NCBI GenBank assembly: GCA_900552915.1
Contig: USBS01000001.1
Coordinates: 1-60,948, forward strand
Reading direction: 5' to 3'
Source: an uncultured Sutterella sp.
GTDB lineage: Bacteria; Pseudomonadota; Gammaproteobacteria; Burkholderiales; Burkholderiaceae_F
Length of the DNA: 60,948 nt
The notes under the pieces are model-generated. The model was not told where the DNA came from and ran no database searches. It saw only the letters and a list, made by a program, of their open reading frames with translations. The stretch's first letter is position 1. Every line of letters begins with the position of its first letter. A program made the position numbers and the translations under genes. Shown here piece by piece: positions 19,992-30,622 of this stretch.

Positions 19992-20030
19992 AACGCCTGC
20001 ACGCCCGTATGCGCGCAGGCGTTTTTGTTT
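19992..20030 (+). terminator. Intrinsic terminator after the cytochrome gene
   Basis: AACGCCTGC / GCAGGCGTT stem plus T-tract. Confidence 0.75.
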
Positions 20031-20152
20031 GTTTTGCGTGTGCCTTCGGCGCGGTACAATCCTTTGTTGATTTCGGTCCGGCACATAAGCCGACCGACTC
20101 CGTTTTTTGTATCGGCGACACTCTCCATTGAGCTTTGCCTTCGGAAGTCTTC

Positions 20153-22834
20153 ATGCAGTCTCAGGAACACACCACCGTTTACCGCAAGGACTATCGTCCG
20201 TACACGCACAGCATCGACTCGGTCGAGCTTGACTTTGTTCTCAATCCCGAATCCACGACGGTCACCTCCAGCATGGTTGTGACGCCCCTGCGAGGCGCTT
20301 CGACAACCGATTTGGTGCTTGACGGCGGACGCGACCTCTTCATCGAAAAGGTTCTGATTGACGATCAGCAGGCAAACGAACGCTTTCAGGTGAGCCCCGG
20401 CAAGCTCACGATCAAAAATATTTCGCGCCAGTCGCGAGTGACGATTGTCAATCGCATCGTGCCCGTGAACAACACGTCGCTTTCGGGCATCTACATGAGC
20501 CGCGGCGCGTTCATGAGCCAGTGCGAAGCACAGGGATTCCGCAACATCACTTATTGGCCCGATCGCCCCGATGTGATGAGCCGCTTTACGGTGACGATTC
20601 ACGCCGATAAGACTCAGTACCCGGTGCTCCTTTCAAACGGCAACTTGGTGGCCGAAGGCGAAGAAGCCGACAACCGTCACTGGGTGCGTTGGGAAGATCC
20701 CTTCAAAAAGCCGAGCTACCTTTTTGCCTTGGTCGCGGGAGACTTCGTTGCACGCGAAGCCAAAATCAAGACCAAGAGCGGACGCGAAGTTCTGCTGCAG
20801 GTGTGGACCGAGCAAAAGAACTATCCCAATTCCGAGCACGCACTGGAAAGTCTTAAGAAAGCGATTGCTTGGGATGAGCAGCGTTGGGGACTTGAACTAG
20901 ACCTTGATCGCTTCATGATCGTGGCAACCGACGACTTCAACTTCGGCGCCATGGAAAACAAGGGTCTCAACATCTTCAATTCTCGTTATGTGATGGCCTC
21001 GCCGACGATAGCCACCGATACCGACTACCAAAACATCGAGTCGATCGTCGGCCACGAATACTTCCACAACTGGACGGGCGACCGAATCACGCTGCGCGAC
21101 TGGTTCCAGCTCACGCTCAAGGAAGGTCTTACGGTCTTTCGCGAACAGGAATTCACTGCCGACATGCAGCCCGACGAATCGAGCCGCGCCGTCGAGCGCA
21201 TCCGTACGGTGCGTGCGCTTCGCAACGGTCAGTTCCCGGAAGATGCCGGCCCCATGGCGCACGCCATTCGCCCCGAGAGCTATCAGGAAATCGACAACTT
21301 CTACACGATGACCGTGTATGAAAAGGGCGCCGAAGTCATTCGCATGCTGCAGACGTTGCTCGGTAAAGACGGCTTTAAAAAGGGCATGGATCGCTACGTA
21401 CAGCTCTTTGACGAATCGGCCGTCACCTGCGACGACTTCATCCGCGCAATGGCCGACGCCAATTCGACCGATCTGAGCAACTTCAGCCTGTGGTGGTCGC
21501 AGGCGGGCACCCCTCGCGTTTCCGTTGAAACAAGTTGGGACCAGGAAAAATCCACCTTCACGATCCGTGCCTCTCAGTCGACTCCGCCCACGCCGGGACA
21601 GCCCGAAAAGTTCCCGCTCGTCATTCCGATTCTCGTGGGCCTCATCGGCAAGGACGGCAAAGATCTGCCTTTGAAGCTCGTCGACTCCGACGACGACCCC
21701 GTCACCACCGCCAAGCTAGTGCTCGAATCGAGCGACGACGAATGGACGTTTGAGGGCATCACCGAAAATCCGGTTCTCTCGCTAGGCCGCGGCTTCTCGG
21801 CGCCGGTCATCTTCGACTACGCCTACACGCTGCAGGAGCTTCAGTTCCTTGCGCTCAACGATTCGGACGGCTTCAACCGCGCCGACGCCTTCGAGCGCCT
21901 GATGCTCGCCGTCCTGAACGACGTTGCGGACATGATCGAAAACGGCACCGAACCCGACGTGCACGGCACGCTCGTTTCCGCGTTCGAAGGCATTCTCACC
22001 AATACGAACCTCTCGCCCGAATACCGCGCGACGGTTCTGACGCTTCCGAGCGAAAAGGCCATTGCCGCACGCCGCCCGATGATCAACCCGCAGACCATTC
22101 GTGAGGCCCGCATCTTCGTCATGGAAACGCTCGGCCGCAAGCTCTCCCACAAGCTCGGTCAGCCGCTGCGTGCGGAAAATATCCGCAACATGACGCTGCA
22201 GCAGTACAAGTTCGATCCGAAGGAAGCGGGCAAGCGCGCAATCTGCAATCTCACGCTCGAATACTGGCTTGCGGGCGGCAACGCCAAGGCTCTTCTGGAT
22301 GCACGCGACCAATTCGACTACGCCGACAATCTCACCGATCGGTTGGCTGCGCTGCGCATGATTGTCAACAGCCAGAGTCCGGCCAAGCTTGACGTTCTGA
22401 ACGCTGCCGGCAGACTTTGGGGCGACGAGCCGCTTCTGATCAACAAGTGGTTTACGGTACAGGCGACGGCTCGCGTTTATCCCAACGAATGTTCGGTGCT
22501 CGAGCGCATCAAGTCCCTGATGCAGTGCCCGGTGTTCTCGCTTAAGAACCCCAACAACGTCTACGCCCTCATCAATGCGTTCTTTACCGCCAACGAAGCG
22601 GAATTCCACCGTCCCGACGGTGCGGGCTACGACTTCTGGGTTGAAACGGTGCTGCAGCTTGATGCAATCAACAGCCATGTCGCTGCGCGTCTGGCTCGAG
22701 CTCTCGACAACTGGCGCCGCTACACGCCCGAACTGGCGCGCTTGATGCACGCCGCACTCACCAAGGTCGCCAATACGGAAAACCTTTCTGCCGGCGTTCG
22801 CGAAGTCGTGCAGAAGGCTCTGAACAATCACTAA
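20153..22834 (+). CDS. pepN: Aminopeptidase N
   Basis: GAMENKGLN, HEYFHNWTG...LKEG zinc motif, YEKGAEV. Confidence 0.96.
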   Translation: MQSQEHTTVYRKDYRPYTHSIDSVELDFVLNPESTTVTSSMVVTPLRGASTTDLVLDGGRDLFIEKVLIDDQQANERFQVSPGKLTIKNISRQSRVTIVNRIVPVNNTSLSGIYMSRGAFMSQCEAQGFRNITYWPDRPDVMSRFTVTIHADKTQYPVLLSNGNLVAEGEEADNRHWVRWEDPFKKPSYLFALVAGDFVAREAKIKTKSGREVLLQVWTEQKNYPNSEHALESLKKAIAWDEQRWGLELDLDRFMIVATDDFNFGAMENKGLNIFNSRYVMASPTIATDTDYQNIESIVGHEYFHNWTGDRITLRDWFQLTLKEGLTVFREQEFTADMQPDESSRAVERIRTVRALRNGQFPEDAGPMAHAIRPESYQEIDNFYTMTVYEKGAEVIRMLQTLLGKDGFKKGMDRYVQLFDESAVTCDDFIRAMADANSTDLSNFSLWWSQAGTPRVSVETSWDQEKSTFTIRASQSTPPTPGQPEKFPLVIPILVGLIGKDGKDLPLKLVDSDDDPVTTAKLVLESSDDEWTFEGITENPVLSLGRGFSAPVIFDYAYTLQELQFLALNDSDGFNRADAFERLMLAVLNDVADMIENGTEPDVHGTLVSAFEGILTNTNLSPEYRATVLTLPSEKAIAARRPMINPQTIREARIFVMETLGRKLSHKLGQPLRAENIRNMTLQQYKFDPKEAGKRAICNLTLEYWLAGGNAKALLDARDQFDYADNLTDRLAALRMIVNSQSPAKLDVLNAAGRLWGDEPLLINKWFTVQATARVYPNECSVLERIKSLMQCPVFSLKNPNNVYALINAFFTANEAEFHRPDGAGYDFWVETVLQLDAINSHVAARLARALDNWRRYTPELARLMHAALTKVANTENLSAGVREVVQKALNNH

Positions 22835-22858
22835 TTCTTGCAGCTAAAGAGAAGCGTT

Positions 22859-23854
22859 ATGCAACAGATCACCTTAAGCGAAATGCTCGCCGGCGAAGTC
22901 AAGAACAACGGTCTTGACGAAAAGCTCGCCAAATTGATCGAGACCGTCGCCGCCTGCGGCGTCGAAATCAGCTCCGAAGTTTCCTGCGGCGCTCTGATGG
23001 GTGTGCTCGGTCTTGCCGGCAGTGAAAACGTGCAGGGCGAAGAACAGAAAAAGCTCGACGTCATCAGCAACGAAATCGTCACCAAGGCCGTGCTGGATTC
23101 CGGCGTTGTGGCCGCCTGCGCTTCCGAGGAAATGGATCATTGCGTGCCGGCCGAAAGCACCGAACGTCGTCCGTACCTCATTTGCTACGATCCCCTTGAC
23201 GGCTCAAGCAACATCGACATCAACGTCTCGATCGGCACGATCTTCTCGATCCTGCCCAACCCGCATGATGATGCCGCCGCACCGACCGATGAAGACTTTC
23301 TGCAGCCGGGCGACCGTCAGCTCGCCGCGGGCTACATCATGTACGGTCCGCAGACGCAGATGGCGCTTACGCTCGGCCGGGGCGTCGTGATGTTTACGCT
23401 TGATCCGCGCACCAACACGTATATCCTCACGAACGACAACGTCAAAGTCTCCGAACAGGCCAAGGAATTTGCGATCAACTGCTCGAACATGCGCCACTGG
23501 GAAGCCCCCGTGCGCCGTTATGTCGAAGAACTGCTGGCGGGCACTACCGGAGTGCGCGGCAAGGACTTCAACATGCGCTGGGTGGCGGCTATGGTTGCCG
23601 AAGTACACCGCATTCTCTGCCGCGGAGGCATTTTCATGTATCCGCGCGACAACCGCGATCCCTCCAAACCCGGCAAGCTTCGTCTCATGTACGAAGCCAA
23701 CCCGATGTCCTGGCTCATGGAACAGGCCGGCGGCCGTGCCACCAACGGCTATCAACGCATTCTCTCAATTCAACCCGAAAAACTGCATCAGCGCGTTGCC
23801 GTTTTCCTCGGCGCTAAGGAAGAGGTGGAACTTGTGACGTCCTATCACGGTTAA
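22859..23854 (+). CDS. fbp: Class 1 fructose-1,6-bisphosphatase
   Basis: [29 protein letters not shown]. Confidence 0.96.
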   Translation: MQQITLSEMLAGEVKNNGLDEKLAKLIETVAACGVEISSEVSCGALMGVLGLAGSENVQGEEQKKLDVISNEIVTKAVLDSGVVAACASEEMDHCVPAESTERRPYLICYDPLDGSSNIDINVSIGTIFSILPNPHDDAAAPTDEDFLQPGDRQLAAGYIMYGPQTQMALTLGRGVVMFTLDPRTNTYILTNDNVKVSEQAKEFAINCSNMRHWEAPVRRYVEELLAGTTGVRGKDFNMRWVAAMVAEVHRILCRGGIFMYPRDNRDPSKPGKLRLMYEANPMSWLMEQAGGRATNGYQRILSIQPEKLHQRVAVFLGAKEEVELVTSYHG

Positions 23855-23881
23855 CCGCTTTCGACACTGTCATCCTGCTTC

Positions 23882-23915
23882 GGAACGCTCCGCTAGTCGG
23901 AGCGTTCTGCGTTTT
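23882..23915 (+). terminator. Terminator-like hairpin after fbp
   Basis: GAACGCTCCG / CGGAGCGTTC stem. Confidence 0.65.
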
Positions 23916-24214
23916 CGGCTTACTTTTACAACGCGCCGAGAATTACCTCTAATTAAGTAGAATCATCAGAGAGCTTTGTCTATCCTCTCGAAATGGGGCC
24001 CTCTGAACTTCATATTTTTTCGTTTTAAATCAGAATCCAAGACATACATATAACTTGCAATCAATTTAATCAATAGATTTTTAAGTATTTGATTTATCGC
24101 ATTAAAAGCGCAACAATTCCACCAAAAGGAGGAGACTCCCCCTACACCTCAACATCAAACGCGCAAGGGTTTGCAGCGCCAACGGCATACAAATCGACGC
24201 GAGGAGAAATCGCA

Positions 24215-25114
24215 ATGGACAAAACGGAACTGAGTACCCGTTTCACCGACACCATGGCGAAGTTCACGGCCTACTTCGGGAAACACCTGCCCGACGACGT
24301 GCTCGCCAAGCTCAAGGAAATGAGAACGAAGCAGGACACGCATCTTGCGAAAGTCATGTACGACTCGATGTTCACCGACCTTGAACTCGCCGACAAACTG
24401 AACGTTCCTTTCTGCCAGGACACGGGCGTGATCCAGTACTGGATCGAATGCGGCTCCGAGTTCCCGTTGATCGGGCAGATGCAGGAATGCCTCAAGGAGG
24501 CTACGATCCGCGCCACCAAGGAAGCCCCGCTGCGCCACAATGCCGTGCAGATCTTCGACGAAAAGAACACGGGCAACAACACGGGCGTGCGCATTCCCTG
24601 GATTGACTGGGAAATCATTCCGGGATCGGATCAGTGCACGATTCACGGATACATGGCCGGCGGCGGATGCTCGCTTCCGGGCACGGCCAAGGTTCTGATG
24701 CCGGTTGAGGGCTACGAGGGCGTCGTGCGTTTTGTCTTCGACAACATCTGCGATCGCGGCATCAACGCTTGCCCGCCGCTGCTCGTGGGCATCGGCATTG
24801 CCGGTTCCGTCGAAGTCGCCGCCAACCTCTCCAAGAAGGCTCTGATGCGCCCGATCGGTTCTCGCAACAGCAATCCGCGCGGCGCCGAATTCGAACAGAT
24901 CATCGAAAAGGCCCTCAACGACATCAACATCGGTCCGGGCGGCCTCACCGGCGCTATGTCCGTCATGGGCGTTCACGTTGAGCAGGCGGCGCGCCATCCT
25001 TCGTGCCTTGCAGTCGGCCTTTCCGTCGGCTGCTGGGGCCATCGCCGCGCCACCATCCGCTTTAACGCCGACATGTCCTATGAAATGATCTCGCACAAAG
25101 GAGTCACGCTGTGA
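24215..25114 (+). CDS. ttdA: L(+)-tartrate dehydratase alpha subunit (Fe-S hydro-lyase, two-subunit fumarase family)
   Basis: [34 protein letters not shown]...CWGHRR. Confidence 0.85.
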   Translation: MDKTELSTRFTDTMAKFTAYFGKHLPDDVLAKLKEMRTKQDTHLAKVMYDSMFTDLELADKLNVPFCQDTGVIQYWIECGSEFPLIGQMQECLKEATIRATKEAPLRHNAVQIFDEKNTGNNTGVRIPWIDWEIIPGSDQCTIHGYMAGGGCSLPGTAKVLMPVEGYEGVVRFVFDNICDRGINACPPLLVGIGIAGSVEVAANLSKKALMRPIGSRNSNPRGAEFEQIIEKALNDINIGPGGLTGAMSVMGVHVEQAARHPSCLAVGLSVGCWGHRRATIRFNADMSYEMISHKGVTL

Positions 25115-25728
25115 GCAAGAAAATTCTGACCACGCCGATTCGCAGTGAAGACCTCGAAGACATCCGCATCGGCGACATCATTTATCTCAACGGTTATCTC
25201 GTGACCGCACGCGACTGCGCGCACACGCGTCTTGTCAAACACGGACGAAAGATTCCGGTCGATCTCGCAGGCAAGGCGATTTTCCATGCCGGTCCCATCA
25301 TGGTCCCCGATGAAAGCGCCGGCAGCGGCTACCGCGTCGTCTCGATCGGACCGACCACTTCCATGCGCATGGAGAAGTTCGAAAAGGAATTCATCGAGCA
25401 GACCGGCGTTAAGATCATCGTCGGCAAGGGCGGCATGGGTCCCAATACGGTGGCCGGCTGCAGCCAGTACAAGGCTCTGCACTGTGTCTTCCCGGGCGGC
25501 TGTGCCGTACTAGCAGCCCAGTGCGTTGAAGAGGTCGAAGACGTTCAGTGGCCGGAACTGGGCATGCCCGAGTCGCTTTGGGTGATGCGCGTAAAGGAAT
25601 TCGGCCCGCTGATCGTTTCGATCGATACGCACGGCGGAAATCTCTTCGAGCAGAACAAGAAGGTTTTCAACGAACGCAAAGCCCCGATCGTCGAGGAAGT
25701 GATCAAGAAAACCGAGTACATCGACTGA
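25111..25728 (+). CDS. ttdB: L(+)-tartrate dehydratase beta subunit
   Basis: [37 protein letters not shown] start overlaps the ttdA stop. Confidence 0.85.
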   Translation: MSKKILTTPIRSEDLEDIRIGDIIYLNGYLVTARDCAHTRLVKHGRKIPVDLAGKAIFHAGPIMVPDESAGSGYRVVSIGPTTSMRMEKFEKEFIEQTGVKIIVGKGGMGPNTVAGCSQYKALHCVFPGGCAVLAAQCVEEVEDVQWPELGMPESLWVMRVKEFGPLIVSIDTHGGNLFEQNKKVFNERKAPIVEEVIKKTEYID

Positions 25729-25828
25729 TGCTCTAGGGCGCGCGAGAGCGCTTCTCGCCTTCCGCGCCCCTTTCCACCGTCACAGCCGCAGTTTGGCATC
25801 AAGTCTGCGGCTTTTTGCTGCATCGCAC

Positions 25829-26757
25829 CTAGCCGTCGGCGAATTCGCTTTCGGCAACGCGCCGCATCACTTCAATGAGGCTGCGTGCAGCCTTGGACAG
25901 ATAGCCGTCCTTGCGGTAGGCCGCCACCACCATTCGATCGGGCCGAGCCGGTTCAATCGTGAAGTAGCGCACGGGCTGAGCCGGGCGGCAGCGCTTGGCC
26001 AACGTCTGCGTCACAAACGTCGCGCCGAGACCGGCGCTTGCCAGATGCAGCGCCGCTACGGGCGACTCGCTTTCGAGCATCACGCGCGGCGTCGTGCGTG
26101 TCGCACGGCACAAGTCCTCGTAAAGATTGCGGAATTTCTGTCCCTGCTTGATGATGATGAAGGGCTCTCCGTTGAGCCGAGTAAACGGCATGACGGCATA
26201 GCCGCCGCCGGCGGGCTGCGCAACGGTCTTGGCTGCACGCGCCTCCGGACTCATCGCAAGCAGATAGCGCTCGCGGAAAAGTTCGGCATATTCGAGTTCG
26301 GATCGGTATAGCGGCGCGATCACGAGACTCAGATCGGTCACGCCGTCGTAGGCATAGTCTTCAAGCTCCTTTGTGGTGCCTTCGGCAAGCGAGACCGTCA
26401 CGCCGGGATACTCGCGCCGAAAGATCGGCAGCACCTCAGCCAGGAAGAACGTGGAACGATAGTGCGATGAGCCGATCGTGACGTGTCCTCGAACGCCGTC
26501 GCCGATGTCGCAATAAGTCTGGCGCGCTTCTGCCGCAGCTGTTCGATTTCATTTTCCGTCTTCATGAAGCATTCGCCGGCGTATGTAAAGCGCAGCGGCT
26601 TAGCGGAACGGTCAATGAGCTTGGCGCCGACTTCCTGTTCGATGCGATGCAGGAACTGAGAAATAGAAGGCTGCGAAATCTGCAGCACGCGCGCAGCACG
26701 CGAAAACGAACCTTCGGTAACGAGGGCGTTTAAATATCGGTATACGTTGCCCGCCAT
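25829..26757 (-). pseudogene. LysR-family regulator split by an apparent 1-bp deletion near 26510
   Basis: HTH GSFSRAARVLQISQPSISQ in ORF 26398-26757 and effector domain in ORF 25829-26434; one extra base gives ...RLIADIGDGVRGHVTIG... Confidence 0.8.
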
Positions 26758-26820
26758 TGGATAACCTCGGTCGTTGAATAAAGATTTTCGGATGACATGC
26801 CGCTTGACGCGGCGCGCCTT

Positions 26821-27471
26821 TTATCGCTCGGCTGTCGGCTCTTCCTTGGGAGCCGGCGTTTCTGCAGACGCACTCGGCGCCTGCAGCTGCGGCTTATCGT
26901 CCTTACGCTCCTGCTTGTGCTGTTTGCCGCCCAAAAAGCTGAAAAAGCCCCCGCTCTTCTTGGGCTCGGGTTCGGGAGGAAGCTCGGGCGCCGGACCGAT
27001 CTGAGCCTTATCGGCTATCTGCTCAACGCGAAGCGTCAGTTTTTCCAGCGCTTTCTCAACTGCTTCCAATCGCTTTTGAGCATCCTGAGCGCTTGCGGCA
27101 GGCACGGCCACCGCTTCTTTGATTCCCGCAAGGAGTTCCTCGCGATTCTTCGTCATCTCTTGGCGCAAGCTTTCCTTGGTTTGCTCCAGGCGGGACATTT
27201 CCGCATGATCGGCAAGCGACTTATTGGCATTGGCCTCTTTATAGGCGCGGCGAATTTCAACAAGCGTCGATGCCTGCTGCATCAGCGCCCAGGCAATGCC
27301 GAACAGCCACAATCCCCCGAGAATCATCAAAAGGATGAGCCCCAACGGCGCCTGCACCTCGTTAACGATCAAATTCACCGGAACCGGCGCCATGATGCCG
27401 TTCCAGTTGAGAATGAGGAATATCAGCGCGAGCAGGCTCAAAATGGCAAGGACTACAGAGCGCAGCGTCAT
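26821..27471 (-). CDS. LapA/DUF1049-like two-TM membrane protein with coiled-coil tail
   Basis: Two N-terminal hydrophobic helices around N...VPVNL...APLGLILL, then a coiled-coil and Pro-rich tail. Confidence 0.55.
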   Translation of the reverse strand: MTLRSVVLAILSLLALIFLILNWNGIMAPVPVNLIVNEVQAPLGLILLMILGGLWLFGIAWALMQQASTLVEIRRAYKEANANKSLADHAEMSRLEQTKESLRQEMTKNREELLAGIKEAVAVPAASAQDAQKRLEAVEKALEKLTLRVEQIADKAQIGPAPELPPEPEPKKSGGFFSFLGGKQHKQERKDDKPQLQAPSASAETPAPKEEPTAER

Positions 27472-27612
27472 AAAACCACCGAAAAAAATCAAAGTCATCC
27501 AAACAAAAGCTGCAGACGGCAAACCCGTCGGCTTTTGCCATAACACGTTGATTATAGGCCGACGAAGTCCTTTCCATTTAAGCCTGACGGTTTAACGTCA
27601 AAGGCAATGCCC

Positions 27613-27660
27613 AAAAACACGCCGCCCCGTCCGTTGAATAACAGCGAACGAGGCGGCGCG
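27613..27660 (-). terminator. Terminator-like hairpin after the DASS transporter
   Basis: CGCCGCC/GGCGGCG stem followed by GTTTTT on the minus strand. Confidence 0.55.
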
Positions 27661-27679
27661 AAGCAGATCGGATCAGTTG

Positions 27680-29212
27680 TTATTGAGCCATCGGGATAAT
27701 GCCCGGATCGATAAACATCACTGCGATCGTAATCACGATGATGGAGACGATGTTGAGCCAGAAGCCCGCTCGGAGCATGTCGCCGATCTTGAGGCGGCCC
27801 GTGCCGAACACCATGGCGTTCGGAGGCGTGCCCACCGGCATCATGAAGGCGCAGCTCGTGGCCATCGTGGCACCGATCAAAAGCGACTGCGGGTTGGCGC
27901 CGATCGAGTCGGCCACGGCAGATACCAGCGGCATGAGCGTTGCGGCAAGCGCCGTGTTGGACGTGAATTCGGAAGCAAAGCACGCCAGAGTGGAAACGCC
28001 GCCGACAATTGCCCATTCGGGCAAGCCGCCGAGCGCCACCGCGGCTGCGCCCACTGCGTCGGCTGCGCCCGTGCGCTGGATAGCCGCCGCCATTGCGAGA
28101 CCGCCGCCGAACAATAGCAGCACGTCCCAGGACACACCCTTGGCTGCACTCGACCAATCGAGCGCATGGATGCCCTTCTTGGCGTCAACCGGAATGATGA
28201 AGAGAATGATGCCCGCGGCCATGGCGATCACGGTGTCGCTCATGGGCTTGAGAGGCTTCATGCCGCCGATTTCCAGTCCGCGCAGGACCGGACCGAACGT
28301 CCAGAGCAAAGCAGCAGCAACGAAGACGATCAGCACTGTCCATTCGCCGCGCGTAAGCGGTCCGAGGTGCTTGATTTCGTTGGCAACCCATTCCTTGCCT
28401 CCGGGCAGATCACCCGGCTGATCGCGAAAGAGCACGAAAACAAGCAGCAAGTAGGTCGCAACAATCAGAATAGACATCGTCGGCAGCGAGATCGTCAGCC
28501 AGTCCACAAAGCTTACGGGATCGCCGTAGGTCTGCTCTACAAAGCGCGCAAAGATACCGTTGGGAGGCGTACCGATCAGTGTATAAACGCCGCCGAGAGA
28601 CGCACCGTAGGCCACGCTAAGCAGCAAGCACACGCCGAAATTGCGCTCGGCCTTATCAATGGGTTGATCGACGCGGGTTGAACGCACCACGGCCATCAGC
28701 GCAAGCGCAATCGGAAGCATCATGGCCGCCGTCGCGGTATTGGAAACCCAGGCCGAAAGGAAGCACGTCGCAAGCATGATGCCCAGCACGATCTGCTTGG
28801 GCTTGGTCCCGACGATGCGAATCGTGTGCAGTGCAATGCGGCGGTCAAGACCCCAACGTGCGATGCCGGCAGCGATCAGGAAGCCGCCGAGGAAGAGATA
28901 GATCGTATCGTTGGCGTATTCCTTGAGCGTCTGCGCAGCCGTTCCAACCCCGAAAAGCGGGAAACACACGATCGGCAGAAGCGCGGTGACAGCAATCGGA
29001 ACAGCTTCGGTAAACCACCAGATAGCCATCCAGAGCACCAAGCTCACGCAAGCGCGCGCCGCATGGCTGAGGGCAACGGTGTCGCCCTTGGCGCCGACAT
29101 ACGTTTCGGGAAGAATGAAATAAAGAGCCAGGGCAAGCAAGGGGCCCAGGATGAGAGGGATGACCTTGGACTTGTTGTCCAAGGCGCCGATCTCAATACT
29201 GGATTCGTGCAT
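27680..29212 (-). CDS. DASS/SLC13 sodium:dicarboxylate symporter
   Basis: Two SNT motifs (WVSNTATA, FTSNTALA), GTPPN twice, many TM helices. Confidence 0.92.
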   Translation of the reverse strand: MHESSIEIGALDNKSKVIPLILGPLLALALYFILPETYVGAKGDTVALSHAARACVSLVLWMAIWWFTEAVPIAVTALLPIVCFPLFGVGTAAQTLKEYANDTIYLFLGGFLIAAGIARWGLDRRIALHTIRIVGTKPKQIVLGIMLATCFLSAWVSNTATAAMMLPIALALMAVVRSTRVDQPIDKAERNFGVCLLLSVAYGASLGGVYTLIGTPPNGIFARFVEQTYGDPVSFVDWLTISLPTMSILIVATYLLLVFVLFRDQPGDLPGGKEWVANEIKHLGPLTRGEWTVLIVFVAAALLWTFGPVLRGLEIGGMKPLKPMSDTVIAMAAGIILFIIPVDAKKGIHALDWSSAAKGVSWDVLLLFGGGLAMAAAIQRTGAADAVGAAAVALGGLPEWAIVGGVSTLACFASEFTSNTALAATLMPLVSAVADSIGANPQSLLIGATMATSCAFMMPVGTPPNAMVFGTGRLKIGDMLRAGFWLNIVSIIVITIAVMFIDPGIIPMAQ

Positions 29213-29327
29213 GATTGCCTCCTAAAAGGATAGGCAACTGTCTTTGAGGGTACGGCAATCTAGGGCCGTTCGACGGTTGCTCGAGGTTATTCTTGTCGAC
29301 TGCCCCATGTTAAGAGCTTGTCGAGTT

Positions 29328-29341
29328 TTGATGTTAATCAA
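29328..29341 (-). promoter_or_regulatory. FNR box upstream of the DASS transporter
   Basis: Perfect TTGAT-GTTA-ATCAA. Confidence 0.75.
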
Positions 29342-29591
29342 CAAGAACTTGAGCTAAAACCCCACAAATACCGGGATAACCCTTATGAATTGCAAATTTT
29401 TTAGGTCAATTTGCAAACCTTACGGGATTACCCCACGACAGCCTTTAGATAGTCCCGCTTAGAGCGGCTCCGGACGCAAAAAACCGAACCCCGCGCAAGC
29501 GGAATTCGGTCTTTCTGAAAGTTTTTCCAAACGCTCCCCGAGCAAGGAGACTGCAACCCGGGGAGTCGTGCCGCCCTGAGGCAGCCGGAAA

Positions 29592-30377
29592 TTACTTGGC
29601 GTACCAGTTGACGGTCGGCACGTAGCGGGTAGCGGCGTTGCCGGAGTCAACGAGTTCCTTGCCGTAGCTCCAGTAGGTATAGGCCGTCAAGGAACCGCAG
29701 CAGATCATCAGGAAGGCGATCACGAGCATGGCCTTGCGCAGACCGTGAGCGCGGCCCTTGATGACGTCCCACTTAACAGCGAGGCGATACAGGCCGATCA
29801 TGCCGTGCAGTTCGGTCGCAACCAGGAAGATGAGCGTCCAGATCAGGCCGTTGTGATAGGTGTGAACGGACGACAGGTTGGGATCGATTTCGGACGGAGC
29901 CGTGAGCATGCCCATCACGTGCGGGAACACCATGCCGGTAAGGATGATGGCGGTCACGAACTGGATGAACCACAGGGAGGAGTCGGTGTGGTGCACAACC
30001 TTCACGTGAGCACGAATGTCGCGGAACTGCTTGTAGGAGGTCGGGAAGCGGCGAAGAGCGCACAGAGCGTGCAGGATCACGCACAGCGTGATGACGCCGA
30101 CAAAGAGGAAGTGCATCCAAGCCTGTTCATGTTCGAACATGAAGGCGCCGCCGGAGGTCTGGATCAGGTTCCAGAACAGATCCTTGCCGACCTGAATGGA
30201 GCTCGTGAAGGCCATGTGGCAGAACAGGAAGATGCCGAGGATGGCACCGGTGACGGACTGCGTCACGTCAACGTATGCGGGCCACTTGCTTGCGCGCTTG
30301 GCATCCTTGAGGGTCACGCCGGCGATGACTTCGGGGCCGGTGGGGGTATGACCGTACTTGATGTTGTCGGGAGTCAT
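29592..30377 (-). CDS. frdC: Quinol:fumarate reductase diheme cytochrome b subunit (Wolinella/Campylobacter type), orphan
   Basis: Five TM helices; heme His in LFCHM, VILHA, VFPHV and TELHG; GLYRLAVKW motif. Confidence 0.85.
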   Translation of the reverse strand: MTPDNIKYGHTPTGPEVIAGVTLKDAKRASKWPAYVDVTQSVTGAILGIFLFCHMAFTSSIQVGKDLFWNLIQTSGGAFMFEHEQAWMHFLFVGVITLCVILHALCALRRFPTSYKQFRDIRAHVKVVHHTDSSLWFIQFVTAIILTGMVFPHVMGMLTAPSEIDPNLSSVHTYHNGLIWTLIFLVATELHGMIGLYRLAVKWDVIKGRAHGLRKAMLVIAFLMICCGSLTAYTYWSYGKELVDSGNAATRYVPTVNWYAK

Positions 30378-30476
30378 AATCGATTTCCTTTTTATTAAAT
30401 TGGCCGCAGGCAAGAGACACCCGCCCTGACCTTGATTTTGATGAGCGAATAATGCTCCTTTCAGACAGTTTTAATA

Positions 30477-30490
30477 TTGATCCAGATCAA
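30477..30490 (-). promoter_or_regulatory. FNR box upstream of frdC
   Basis: Perfect TTGAT-CCAG-ATCAA. Confidence 0.75.
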
Positions 30491-30622
30491 ATATTCATAG
30501 GTTTGCGCCCGATCAGTTTTATCTTCGCGAAGGCGTTTTGAGGGTTATCACTAATAAGAAACCCCATTATTTCGATTCAAAATCCACAAAACAAAGGGTT
30601 AACCCTTAATTTTGCGAAAAAT

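Noticed and set aside
24000..24110. AT-rich stretch upstream of ttdA as foreign DNA or an FNR site
   Set aside because: Short promoter region with only ATCAA half-sites and no TTGAT-N4-ATCAA dyad
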